In this document: piece by piece, positions 1-12,854 of the stretch
Layout of the letters: the number at the start of each line of letters is the position of its first letter
How positions within the stretch are numbered: the first letter of the stretch is position 1
From: Paraphysomonas bandaiensis
Lineage: Eukaryota > Protista > Chrysophyceae
DNA length: 64,000 nucleotides
Assembly (NCBI GenBank): GCA_965644295.1
Contig: CBFFRP010000096.1
Coordinates: 81,344-145,343 of the forward strand
Reading direction: 5' to 3'
Program-made: the position numbers and the translations under genes
The notes under the pieces: generated by a model
What the model saw: only the letters and a program-made list of their open reading frames with translations
What the model was told of the DNA's origin: nothing
Databases searched by the model: none

Positions 1-967
1 CTATGCAAACAAAACTGTAAGAAACCATCAGTGAACACTATCAAGGTGATACAAGAGTAAACACTATCATTTATTTCTGAGTCCATTATGTGCTCACTTC
101 TTAAAATTATTTGTCTTTTTTACACTATTATAGACTCAATGAAGGGGCATTACACTAATCCTATTCTTCCCATAATCTTGGGTGATTTATGCATCAACTT
201 CATCAGGACTGCAGAATTTTCATTGGCTGGTAAATACTCAGCACTCTCCATAAGCTCATCGATCTAGTGACGAACACTAAACGTATACTATCTCAACCTT
301 GGCACAACCAACATCACAGTCATTGGGGTCACGCGGAATGTCGGGTTCTTCACAACTTCTGATGAGAGACATCTTAAGCAGCAAATCTCCAAACTGCTAG
401 TCGATGCAGGTCATTGACGTAGGTACAATGACTTAAGTCTTTAACTCTCATTGAGCCAATTCTCAAGCATTAGAGTAGTTAGGAGTGTCCGTACAAACAC
501 AGGTCATAATAAATGTAAGAGCCCGTGACGACTGATGCATTAATACGTCAGCTTCCAAACTACGTAGAATACAAGGCCCCTTTTCTTTACCGCTAGAGGA
601 GTGACCACTGAAGCAGTTGCTGCAACTACCTGGGTGCTTGTTATCTTATCTGGGGTGGATGATAGATCAATCCATATTATAACAGTTTCAGACAAAGAGT
701 TGATGAGAGTATGTCCTCATTCGCAATAGTGTCACGTGCATTCATTCTCTTCTACTCTGCTGTGTGTTGAGTCGGAGTCCTTATGTACTAGTGTACTCTG
801 TACTGCTGTATCGTCGACGTGTACAGCAGTACTGCTGTACTCTGTGTGATGTGCTGCAGTACGTGCGTACACTGGTGTTTCTTGTCGTCTATGATGTTAT
901 CCAGGTATCGTTCCCTGACAATAGATTCAAACATGCAACTGATTGATGAGCCGTCCTCTGTTCCCCG

Positions 968-1901
968 ATGACCCCCCTCCCCTTCTCCTTCTCTTTCCTT
1001 CTAGCGACACTATGGTTGCTGTTGCTACAGAGCATATGGTTGTGTGAATCCAAGTCAACGAAGCACGACCTGCTGAAGACTGTAAAGGCATGTGTCGGTG
1101 ACTCTCACTATGAGGGAACACATGGGTACTCCATTCAACAGCGAGAGGAGTTTGGAGTTAGTGTTTCTCGAGTGCTTGATGCCACTCATATGCAACAAGT
1201 GTTCAATCTCGCGAAGTGTGTTAAGAAAGTTCAACCAGACAGAAAATTCTTTAGGTCAGTTTGTGTGTTATTTCTTGTCGTAGAAGTCTTGACATACTCA
1301 TAGGAGATTCAAAGGGTTAGAGGGTGGAAATACCGTGAATTATCTAGGCAGTTACTTGGTGAACATTTTGCCAAATGTCTATCGACGATTGCATGATGCC
1401 GTTCAGTTTTCCGCTAATCATATGCGATGGCCCGACAATGTCGATAATTTAGGTGTCCGCACCGTTGAATTTGTTGAATATGACCTTGGTGGTCGGTTTA
1501 AAACCCACCGTGACAAGAACTCTACATATACTATTGTTGTATTGCTGACAGAGCGGTCTAATTTTACAGGTCTAATATTTCTGTTTTGGCTGTACTGCTA
1601 TGTCTTAATCAGAAGGATTTGATTATTTCTTTCAGGTGGTACTTTTGAAATAGAGGATAGCACTGGAAAGAGCACAGAGATCTGGACTGAGCGGGGAGAT
1701 GCAGTGGTGTTTCTGAGTGAGACGTACCACCGTGTGAATCCTGTAGAATCTGGGTCTCGCATTATTCTAACTGTAGAATATTGGAAATATGCGTCAGGGA
1801 GGTTTCATGAAAATAGAATCCTCATCGAGAACTCTCGTTCAAGACTTCCTTCGTTGAAGAAATGTAGAAGTATTGATCAGGACCCGCTTTTTATTCCTTA
1901 G
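968..1901 (+). CDS. Secreted/membrane 2OG-Fe(II) oxygenase (prolyl 4-hydroxylase-like), 3 exons (~968-1254, 1304-1569, 1636-1901)
   Basis: Hydrophobic N-terminal signal (FSFSFLLATLWLLLL). Spliced C-terminus reads FKTHRDKNSTYTIVVLL...FTGGTF...GDAVVFLSETYHRVNPVESGSRIIL, giving the HxD...H iron triad and the 2OG-binding Arg. GT-AG introns restore the frame. Confidence 0.8.
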
Positions 1902-3784
1902 ACTCCTGGTATACCACTAACGTGTGCTATGGCACTATGATGACGAGTACGATGCCCGTATTATTATATATGTAGCTTTTTCTTAAACAAAAGGATTAAC
2001 TACATGCAGCTATGAATCGATATGTGGTGGTTTCAGGTTTTGCACGTATCACCGTGTGTAGTGTGTATGCATCACGTTTTTATAACCCTGCGTACTGTAC
2101 TGTTTATAATTGTTATTTCGAAAGTAGTAGAATAGATTCGAAATATATTTATTTCGATATATAGATAACAGGGGCGCTGTGTTGGTTCTCTTTCGTGAAA
2201 AGTAAGCTAAGTTACTTCTTGAGACTCCTTTAGATGCTCTACAGCGTTCTCTAGTGTAGAAGCTCTCTTCTTTGTTAGAACTAGAACGCCCAACCACGGC
2301 AACGAGTACGGGAAAATATGATTTACATAGTAACACATAACTAACATATGTATTCAGAAGTATTAATCGCATCAAATAATATTCTATTACTTATCTCAGT
2401 TGTGTTTCGGTTTCTATTTGCGTACTTGATAATTGATATTGGCTTTTGAGCATTTTGTTGGTTTAGATCGTTAAAAAAAGAGTATTGCCTATGCAATAAT
2501 AATATTATATATAACAATCATCGATCTAGTTTAACGACATAATGTTACTCTAAGCAACAAATGTTCAAAAGCCAATTTTAGCATCAAACGATAGTAGATT
2601 GTAGCGATGACAAGAAACGTTTAGTAAGAAAATATTGTCATAGAAATAAAGTAATTTCAAAACTAAGATGAAGGTGGTGACCTCATTATTCTCTCACATA
2701 TCAGCGTGTACTAGTGAAACATATAGCTAAGCTTAAGAGAAATTTAGACTTTGACTACACAGTTAATTATTTCTCGAGCTGAACATACAATACACTATAA
2801 AATTAGTATTTAGCATTCTAGCAGCAATCACTTGATACACCTTCCGGAAGGTAAATATTAAATGTTTTGTCGAGATGTGACAGTTCCTTTTCACATGGTC
2901 CGTCTGGAGTCTGAAGAGCCCATCATCGGACTTTAAAGACCCGTCGTGAGGATATGATGCACCAAGTAGAGTGTTTAATGCGGTATCTAAAAATATATCG
3001 AGCTTGGTACGACGAGATTCGAATACAGCGTCTCTAAGTTTTATCAGTCTGTGTATGGGCATCGAAGCGGCATGTATGTGACTGAAATTGCCATCCGCAT
3101 ATGGCACTCTCTCCCATGCGCCTTCATAGAAGCAGGTTTCCATTGGCTCTGTCGGAGAAGCATGTCGGCATAAGCACTATATGCTCTCCATCAGTGCAGT
3201 TTATAGTCAATTATGCTGTAAGTGGTGTGTACAGGGGACTACACATCCATCTCCTCATATAAACTAATTAACTGAACACTCTCTGAGACCGTACCCTGAG
3301 TTCTGTTCAGTAGAATGACTCACAAGAGATCGAATCATCAGAACAATAGACTGAATTCATACAGAGGGAAGATATGCAGTACACTCATACACATACAGCA
3401 GAACCTACATGTATATGTACGGCAGGACCCCATGCTGTACACGGTTTACCATATCCAGATATGATCCGCAGTGGTATATCATGCATATACAGTACCGTCG
3501 TATACGGCGGTACACTACTGCTATGTACAAGTGGAAGATCTAGCGTAGGTAATCACTGTATATATGAAGTTGGATATTTGACACTGTGTATGGTATGGTG
3601 TCGTGTATAGGTCTATACTGCTGTAGTACAGTGTGGAAGGTATACTGCTATACATATACATATATATATATATAGACCCACAAGAGAGCAGAGCACTGAG
3701 AGTGTATGCAGATCAATACTGATAGAGTAATAGAGTGTATTGTTTAATTTCTGAAGAGATTTAGCGTCTGATACATCATATCTA

Positions 3785-6700
3785 ATGGGTGGATCATCAA
3801 GTAGAGAGAGCTTTGATCAGATATTAGCTCGTCTGATCAGTGAGGATGTGGATCCTCAGGATCATGATTTCTGGGACGATATGTGGAAGACAACTCTCAC
3901 AGTAGAGGTGCTTATATATGCATAGAGATATATAGACGTATCCCTCGATATCGTTAATGTTATTGTGTGTGTGTTATTAGGATATCTTTCAGTTGATTAC
4001 TCCTGATGCGGTTCGTAAGATCATACGGCAGAGGCCACTTAACCTGCAAACACTTTTCACTCAAGCTGTGGCTCAACTATACCAGGTACGTGATCAGAAA
4101 CCTGGAAAGGCTATGTGACTGCTGCTGCAGGTGGTTGAAACCCCATACCCCGTGTATTTTGATCAAGCATTGAATTGTGCTCGAATTCTGGCCCGGTTAT
4201 TACCTTTCATGCTGGAGAGTAAGTCGAAAGCCATCATGGAACTTTTCTGGAACAAACAGATAATCCCTAAATCGGCGATTCACGAGGATGATGGAACTGA
4301 ACCCGGTAATGAATCTAAAAATGACTCGGGGCAGGAGGAGACTACGGAGGAACTACAAGAGACAGAGCCACTGGCGGTCATTTTGATCAACTCCGTGTTT
4401 CACCTTCTATTTTTACCAGGTCTTACCCTGTCTGTTATGTATATTTACATTTCATTAATTTGTTCGTGTTATTAGATTTCACTATAGAGGACCCAAACAT
4501 AGATTTTAACGAAGAAGATGTACGGACACAGGCATTCAAATCTGCCCTAATGTGGGCTCCTGGTGTGGGCAGCCGGGAGAAGGCAGTCGCAAACTCAACA
4601 CAGTACGACAGGAATCGAATTGACATACTGCGCCTCATGATTGCTTCTTTTTCTGATTCTCTCTACCAAAGTCCTGACTCCTATGACTCGTGTGCTAGCC
4701 TTTGGCTAGAAGTAGGTACTTCTGCTGAGGCTCCCTATGCTGAGATCGTCTTCTACTCCCTCATGAATGTCGTTCTCGGTGAGAAACTTTTGCGTCATCA
4801 TGATGTGGTAATGTTCTCCCTGTAGGATATGATCCCGTTGGTTGGGGGCTGCCCTATGGCAACTTGGTGAGTACCGACACTGCGAAACCTTTGATGGAAA
4901 CTGCAGTGCAAGCGCTTATCATTCTCCTGGACTACGGACATCCGATAGGGACACCTTCACCAGCGTCCCCCAGAGATGCAGACCACGCAATGTCCCAGCC
5001 TGTGATGTATGTAGATAGTGAAGATGTAGACGCCCAGGGTTTCAATATATTTCGACGTCTCCTGAGTAGTATCGAAGCCACAGACCAGTTGAATTTTATT
5101 TTCCGTGGTTTCTCTCGTCTGCTAAACAATGTTCACCAAGCTCAGTGCACATACCTCCCCTACTCTGTCACAAAAATAGATATAGAGCAGGTGAGTTTGT
5201 CCGTGTATAGAAGCACTTTTAAACTAATAGACCTAGGAGCTGATGGTGCTGTTATGGAAGTGTCTTGAAGAGATACCGCGCTTCATGCCTTACGTACTAA
5301 GGTGAGAGGGTTAGCAAAAAGTGTGCTCTAATAGTTCTGTGAGCAGGAGCTGTGATGTGACTGAGCTACTGGTTCCCATCTGCTTTTTCATGTTGGAGGG
5401 GCGACGGGATCCCCCTCGTCTGGGTATGCTCTACTTGTGCACGTTCACTATACTGAAGCTCTCGGGCGAGAGGAATTTCGGCGTTGCTTTGAATAAACCC
5501 TATCAGCTGCGTCTTCCAGTAGACATGCCCCTCTTTTCCGGCAATCACGCAGATCTCCTTGTCATTGTACTGCACAAGTTAATTGTGAATGGTATTTATA
5601 ATCCTGTCGTTATTGTCTCTTTTTACTCATATATCTGAAGGAATGGATAAGCTGTCGGCTCTGTACAACTGTTTCTTAACGATAATATGCAATATAAGTC
5701 CTTACTGTAAGAGTTTAGGGGCGGTGAGGTTAACGCACAGTCCGTATTATTCTTACTGTGGCATAGGTTGCATCTGTTAAGCTGGTTAATTTGCTTCAAC
5801 TCTTTACATCTCCCCGATTTCTGTACGCTTCTGAAGGAAACCATGCATACGTCGCGTTGCTGTTAGAGACTTTTAACAATATCGTTCAATACCAATATGA
5901 GGGTGAGCTGTGTACTACATTTGCAACACATGTCACTTGTTATGTAGGGAACGTGAATTTGGTGTATTCAATAGTCAGAAGGAGAGAGGTATTTGAAAGG
6001 CTAGCTGCACTGACTCTTCCCGCCGCTATAAAAGTAGCCGCTGTGAATAATGTGTATACGTATATAACTCTGTTGCTGCAGAATGCGACGGATCACGCAA
6101 AGAAGAAAACAGGTTCTTCATTAGTTTCTGAAGCATCAGCCACAGCGAATACAGCTGCTAAGGAAGGAACAAGCGCGGAGTCTTTACATGGCGACCCTAC
6201 CGCTGCACCGACGGTGAGTTCTATCTGTTTTTCTGAAGCACTGTGCCGACTGAACGTTGCATCTGCAGGATTTGGTATCAACTCGGAAGATAGAGCGGCT
6301 TGCAGATGGCGATAGAGACGCCGATGGAAAGACTGAAGGTTCATCTGGGCCACCTGAAGAAGAAAGCGCGGACAATCGGATTCAAAACACTCCGTCAAGG
6401 TTCATACCAACTGAGGTTTATACACACTGTGGCGGTCAATGAAAGTCTTATTTTTCATGTAGGCGTGGTTACAGTCTGTTAGAGCGGAATTACCACTTAA
6501 CACTATAACAAGGTTGGTATACATGACAGTGCTATACATTATTACGATCGCTATGTAAATGGACGAAATATAGGCTGTTGAAGCACCTTGTTCCACAAGT
6601 GGAAGAACTCATTGGCCAAGGAAATGTCGTCGATGAAGCTCAGGTTCGAAATATATTTTTATACTACAGCTTTGATGTATATCTAGGTGATAGATTTCAT

Positions 6701-6999
6701 TCAGCGCACTACGATGGTTGGTCTACTTCCCGTTCCTCACCCCATCGGTACGTTTCCACCATAGAGCATTGAAATATATGACTAATCTCTTCTTTTCAAC
6801 CCAAGTGATACGAAAGTATCAGCCGAATAAGTATACATCACTGTGGTTCACGGCTTTTATGTGGGGTGTCATATTTATGCACAACCAGGCAAGTTAATAG
6901 TCAGTATATGTTAGGTATTGCACTTACATTTTGCCGCAGACGATTCCTCTCTTTGACGGTAAGACGGTGCGCTTATTCATGGTCCAGAGCAGTGACTAA
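3785..6999 (+). CDS. HID1: HID1/Ecm30 family Golgi protein, multi-exon (about 17 short introns)
   Basis: Starts MGGSSSRESFDQ (myristoylation-type Gly2). Conserved blocks ALNCARILARLLPF, GYDPVGWGLPY, LKLSGERNFGVALNKP, TFNNIVQYQYEGN, TTMVGLLPVPHPI..RKYQPN, WFTAFMWGVIF. Stop at 6997-6999. Confidence 0.88.
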
Positions 7000-7642
7000 T
7001 AGCAAGTCTAATCAGTTATCATTTCGAAATACACGGAATTTGTGTATATAGAAGTATTTGGTAATAATATAGTTTGAAAACATGATTACTATATTAGGAA
7101 TTAGGAATATATTACTTTGCTCGCTTTTCTAACTCAGAGGAGTGGTAACTAGTTTAACTTGTACGGATAGCATCAAATAGGTTCTAATATTCTATCTCCT
7201 TAGCTTGCTTTACTTTTACTATCACTCGTGTCAAGCGATATTTCTACAGTGTTGCGATGGTTGAAGTCAATTACAATTATTATTTGCTCTCTCAATTTCA
7301 ATTATTGACAATAATGTTAGACCCTGGCATTTCGACATGATTGTTGGACAACTAAACCTATAAAATATTGATAAAATAGAATATATGATGATATATTCAC
7401 CCTCCTATAAGGTCGTGAAGTGTAGCAAATTTATTACTGAGTAAACACAAGTATGTCACCTTTAGCTGTAACCATTGAAATTGACTTGGGGTTACCACTA
7501 AAAGAGTGCCTAGCTGGCTTCCAACCACTATAAATAAAAAGTTGATTCGGAAATATTATACTATATGAACTGGGACCAAAATATTAGTTATTCAGAGCAG
7601 GATAAACCCCCAAATGGATACATCACATTAATCTGCATTCAA

Positions 7643-8022
7643 TTACTTCTTTTCAAGCTTCTGTAGTCTACTTTCAACACTTCGCTGAAAGTTTTCGAGC
7701 TGCTTATTCGACTCTTTGATTTCCTGATACAACAGTGAGCAGAGAGGCACTTACCCAAAACAAACAAAACTCACCTCATAAACCATATAAAAACTCACGC
7801 TGCATACATAACAACACAGTTAGAGATAGACAGACATATATATGAAGAGTTATCGCACCTATAACCAACTGCAATACCCACCAGACAAGATGACAGACGC
7901 TCAGCGAATGTTGAGCCCTTTGAAGACGCTGTCGGCTGACTGGCAGGCGACTTCACAGACTCCGTACAAAACCTGTTAGCGCTAAACCTTAGCGGTCTCG
8001 TCAATACTCTCGAGCTAAACAT
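7643..8022 (-). CDS. Small single-TM protein with mitochondrial presequence and C-terminal coiled coil, 3 exons
   Basis: Spliced: MFSSRVLTRPLRFSANRFCTES...TFAERLSSCLVGIAVGYSVSFYMVYEEIKESNKQLENFQRSVESRLQKLEKK*. Arg/Ser-rich acid-free N-terminus; two GT-AG introns keep the frame. Confidence 0.65.
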
Positions 8023-8100
8023 AATGCTGTTACTTATAATCCTTCACGGCAATGATTGCTACTAATTTGCACACAAGCACTTAACATCTCCAGCAGTACA

Positions 8101-8362
8101 GTGTATGTATGTATGTATGTGTATGTATGTATGTATGTGTATGTATGTATGTATGTATGTATGTATGTATGTATGTATGTATGTATGTATGTATGTATGT
8201 ATGTATGTATGTATGTATGTATGTATGTATGTATGTATGTATGTATGTATGTATGTATGTATGTATGTATGTATGTATGTATGTATGTATGTATGTATGT
8301 ATGTATGTATGTATGTATGTATGTATGTATGTATGTATGTATGTATGTATGTATGTATGTAT
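8101..8362. repeat. (ATGT)n tetranucleotide microsatellite, ~260 bp
   Basis: Directly visible; produces the spurious MYVC-repeat ORFs. Confidence 0.98.
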
Positions 8363-8509
8363 GGTTATTCCCTCAAAGAATTTGAAAATGAAGTGTGAAG
8401 TGTGAAGTGAGGGTGAGGTTGTGTACGTGTGGTATGGTGTCTAGTGCAGTGGATCGCTGTAACAGTCTGTGCGTATGGTGTAGTATGGTATCTTATAGCC
8501 TAGAGGTGA

Positions 8510-9461
8510 ATGCCGATGACTCAGATCCCTTTAATTCTCACCACATCAATACTTGTCTCTGCATCATTTCACTCTAATGTGGAGCAGATGCAGTATGGGG
8601 TTAATCTCCTGAGTGTGATCGACTCTGCTAGTAGAGCACATGGACTGGAGTTCTCATACTTTATGTTCTACGGCACACTACTAGGATCCTATAGGCACCA
8701 CTCGTATATCCCCTGGGATGATGATGCGGATATCGTTGTCATGTATGAGGAGGGGGTGAGTGGATATGAGATCCATCAGAGAGTATCTGCGGCTCTTAAG
8801 ACTATTGACTCACAGGTTATGATCATGCCTCTAAGATTACGTACAGAGAGCTCGTATAAGCCTTGTGCATATAAAATATAACATTGATATCGCTGTTGAT
8901 ATATTCTTTGAGCCTGTTATTAAGGACGAAATGTCTTTTCGCTGCACTGAAAGGAGAAAGAATCAAACTATACACGTTCCTACTGTGGACATATACCCAT
9001 TGGTTCGACGTCCCTTTGGTAACATAACTCTTAACGCTCCAAGGAAAGGAGCTGAGATATTGAGATCATGCTATCAGCGGCACTTTTTGGAATTGTGTTC
9101 CTATTCAGCATACGACCACACTAAATCTAGACAACGGAGAGTGCGCCAGAGGGACATTGCTCCATGCTCTTCCTTGTATACGACTTTCCATTTTGCAAAA
9201 GTTAAAACGAGATCTCGTGAAGGTATGCTCGGGATGGAGTACTTATTTGTCCGTGGCCAGTCCGTGCTCCAAACAGTTTTGATGTACCGAGAAAATGAAA
9301 TCTACAGAACTTCTGGTAAGCTTAAATGGCGGGATATTTTAGTAACCAAATCAGCTGATGGCATTGATGTTAACATTCGTGACAATATACCCATTTCTTT
9401 TTCATGTGGACTTAGCAAGTGTCTTATAGTAAGTCCAGAACAGCGGAGTGCGAGTTTATAG
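8510..9461 (+). CDS. LicD/fukutin-family nucleotidyltransferase-fold phosphotransferase (start uncertain; probable 31-nt intron 8816-8846)
   Basis: Signature YFMFYGTLLGSYRHHSYIPWDDDADI, then VDIFF and DIYPLVRRPFGNITLNAP in the second frame, joined by a GT..AG interval. Confidence 0.78.
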
Positions 9462-10279
9462 ACTGGCAAACAGTATATTCGCCGTATGTGGTATCTATGA
9501 AGGATCTATGCGAGAGTCAAATCTAAATTCTGCAATTATTCTTCCAGTCCAGATTTTTTTGACTAGTGTTTTTGAAGTCCAATATTTCAACAATTTTATG
9601 TAGCGGTCCACTATTTAATTATTGAATAATTTTTTTATTGGTAGCCAATAAACTAAACTATCTAATGATTTTTTACATATGATAGTCAATTAGAAGTGAA
9701 ACTAATTAAAGCTAGTTGAAATGAGAGATTTAATCTTCGTTAAGCCCTTTTAGAGTGAAACCCTACTAATAGTAAGAAGGAAAAACATAATATTGAACTA
9801 TCCCCATTCTGCCTTAAAAAGTGTTTTTATGACCTGAATTGCTTTCAACTGAATGCTCATATTAGTACAGGTCAAATGTAGTTATTCAACTTCAATATTC
9901 GGTTTGATGTTGAAAGTCATCCGTAGTATGTGACTTCATTATATTACACTACTATAAGGGACCCACTTTCAAAATCATATCATCGAACACTCGAATAGCT
10001 AAAAAGCATTTGCAATTTAATTAACGCCCTGATTGTGACGCCTTGGTGTTAAATATCCTTCCTGTCACTGTTCAGCTATTATAGTTTGGCCATGCCGAGA
10101 TCTCATGTGCTAACACTGTGTGAGGTGTGAGCTATGGAGAATCTATGGTATCTACTTATAGTTGGAGTGGCATGAGTGACTATATGCTACTGTGGAGATC
10201 TGGTGACTATCATATGATTGCTAGGAGCTCTGGGAAATGGAAACGCCCAAGGGTGCTAAGATTACTAGGAACCCACAGC

Positions 10280-10820
10280 CGAACCGAGACTGGAACACCG
10301 CCCACCGCACATATGAACCCCACCAATCATACACATAGGACCATAGCACCGGACCGCATAAAACCATCAGGCCCTAGAGAGCGACAACGCCGTCTCCGGC
10401 AACTCCACATATGCCTGACGCCCAGACGGTGTACGGCGACACCGCCACATTCCACCACACCATGAACCTCTCAGCACACACATCTAGTGCTCGGTACACT
10501 CAGGACCTTAATACAGAACCCTGTACCTCAGAGCCTGGCGGAACCTTATCCCAAGGGGAGACCCCCGGACAACTCGCGCCAGTGAGTCTTAAGACACACA
10601 AGCAGGGCGAAACTCACAAACAACATTAAGAACGGAAGTGGTTGCACCTTGGTGCTTGCGGCGACGCACAAGCAGCTTCTGTAGCGCTAAATAGTAGGAT
10701 AATGGAATTTGTACGGATTAGTTATGGGTAGAGGTCTAACTAGTAGATCTAGCATACCACTAGCCACTATTATCGGAACGAGTTTTTAACGCCTGTTGCT
10801 AAATAAAAAGACTTTCAATA
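10280..10820 (+). mobile_element. 3' remnant of a non-LTR retrotransposon family (copy A)
   Basis: C/A-rich strand bias like the adjacent LINE. Homologous to ~45746-46170. Shares the structured 3' motif and the terminal ...GACTTTC motif with the element at 11298-12854. Left boundary approximate. Confidence 0.6.
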
Positions 10821-11297
10821 TAGGAGCTCCGAATAAACATGACTTCGAGAAATACTTAATTCAGGGTTTGGGTCAGGTCGTGGTTGTTGTGTGCCTCGTA
10901 CCATACATACGAGGATACGAGGTGATAGAGGTACATTTGTTGTAGCGTTGTAGCTAAAACTGAAATTTGAGGCTTTATTGTTTCTTTAAGCTATTCTAGA
11001 ACCTAGAAGAATTAACATTCCATAACGTATAATGTAGTAGATAGGATTGATTAGTATAAACAATACTTTTATATTTCATATGTTTTTGTGATGTTAATCA
11101 GGAAACAGCTATTTCCTCTTACAACAAGCAAGCTACATATAGCGCAATACAATCTAGATACACCAGGGTTTCAACATCATGAGGCTAAGCTACAATTCAG
11201 CCTGGGAAAAAGAAATATTGTCTCACTTTTTAACTCATGTTATACTCCAATATTACATCCTCATTACCCATGGAGAAATATAACCAAACACTTTTTG
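10762..11297. repeat. Direct repeat copy 1 (~535 bp) of 12855-13385
   Basis: Near-identical to 12855-13385; I can see 3 substitutions and 3 small indels. Confidence 0.95.
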
Positions 11298-12854
11298 ACT
11301 GCCAGGCGGTACAGACGCGGACCAAAGAGGCCCTCTCACACAGACGGCGCGCCCTCGGAACAAAGCCCCAGGGATATTTTACGAATGCCTCGCCACCACA
11401 GCTCTTAAACAGCGCTCAATAAAATGGACGCGCTCGCACCCCGAACGTAGAACACAAGATCAAAGCAACTGGACCTACACTGACCACGGCATTTACATAG
11501 CTGACGCCGCCGCCAGTGGCGATTGGAAGACACTAGACAAAGTGCTCGGAGCCTCCAACTACAGTGTTGCCACAACTGACGCTACTACGCACATACTGGA
11601 AGAATTCTTCACCACGGGTCAATGGCACTGGCGTAGATACGATACACACCTCCTCACAGACCTCGGTCCTATGCTAGGAGGCTTTACAGATCTCCACCAC
11701 CAGTGGGACCTACATCACTACACCCTCCGACGAGATAGCATGTATGCTGCACAAACGCAACGAGACCCGCAGTATTGGACACGCAGCGGAACAAGGCTCC
11801 CACACAAGCTTCATCCCCTCCGTACCCATAACTCCTCCAAACACTACATCCCCCTCGCAGAGCGTATACGCGAGACGGCATACGTATGGGACAAATCCTT
11901 TGCAATGGGTAGAAACCGAGCCAAAGGAAAATCCGGATATGATCGCACAACGGCTTCCACATGCGCAGACTGTGCACACCCCACAGACAACATGGCCACA
12001 TGCTTCTCACCTGCACTCACCCTGACATCATTCACATACGTGAAGATGTCCACCAAGCACACCACAATAGGCTTGACAAACTTCGCACACGCACGCTCCC
12101 CCATCCCTGGTTTTACACCGCCATAACCAAACTAGCCAAAGCCGCATGGAACCCAACCACCCCCTAGGTTGAGCGCTACTGGACCGGCCACATTACTGCC
12201 ACACAAATGGCCGACGCATTCGGACGCCACATATCCAGCTCACTGCTCGAACATCAATTCTACGCCCTAGAAAAATCCATCGCCTCTATCCTACTCCCCC
12301 TATATGATGGAGGGCTCCGCATGCTTCGCAATAGGGGACACAGACACCACAACGTAGACACGGCACCGGCGACACCGATCCCGACACACGCAAAGCAACG
12401 CCAGCCCCAGGATACCCACCCGACACCAAAAGTACTCCAGCTACTCCAGGCGACATCCACCCCACGAACTACACTCTCTGCAAGAGCCCAGACCCGACAG
12501 AGGCAAGCGCAACCACTCCGGAAACAACTCATCCTTACTTGTGGCCGAAACCCCACCTCAACAACCAGCACCATCTCCACCACCGACTTGCACTCTCATA
12601 TACATCTCGCCTCACCCACCCCCCACATAATCCATGGCACAGGCCCGCCAGACACATTGCCCAAAGGTAGACCCCCCGACTAACCTCACTACAAGGGACG
12701 GTTGCACCATGGTGCTCGCAGCGATGCACAAGCAGTCCCGAGACGGTTTCCCGCCACTAGTAGTATATAGCAAATCTAGTTATTAGCTAGTCTATAGACA
12801 TAAACTAGTTTCTGTACGCAACCGTACTCATGTAATAATCAGACTTTCATATAG
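11298..12854 (+). mobile_element. 5'-truncated, frameshifted non-LTR retrotransposon (RNase H C-terminal half, CCHC zinc knuckle, 3' UTR)
   Basis: Across frames: DCQAV (third RNase H Asp) ... IKWTRSHPER...HGIYIADAAA (RNase H WVxxH...GNxxAD-type end), then CADCAHPTDN/HGHMLLTC (LINE ORF2 C-terminal CCHC). Frameshifts and a stop near 12165. ORF ends at 12683, followed by a structured 3' UTR. Confidence 0.75.

Noticed and set aside
120-420. Possible degenerate endonuclease-like fragment (PIILGDLCINF)
   Set aside because: Only a weak GDxN-like resemblance, interrupted by stops; insufficient.
2763-3143. 126-aa minus-strand ORF
   Set aside because: Could be an exon of an unknown gene, but no motif, start context or partner exons could be supported.
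8056-8405. ORFs made of MYVC repeats (also 41437-42020)
   Set aside because: Translations of the ATGT microsatellites; not genes.
10632-10682. Hammerhead or HDV ribozyme
   Set aside because: No CUGANGA/GAAA core and no HDV-type nested pseudoknot could be drawn.
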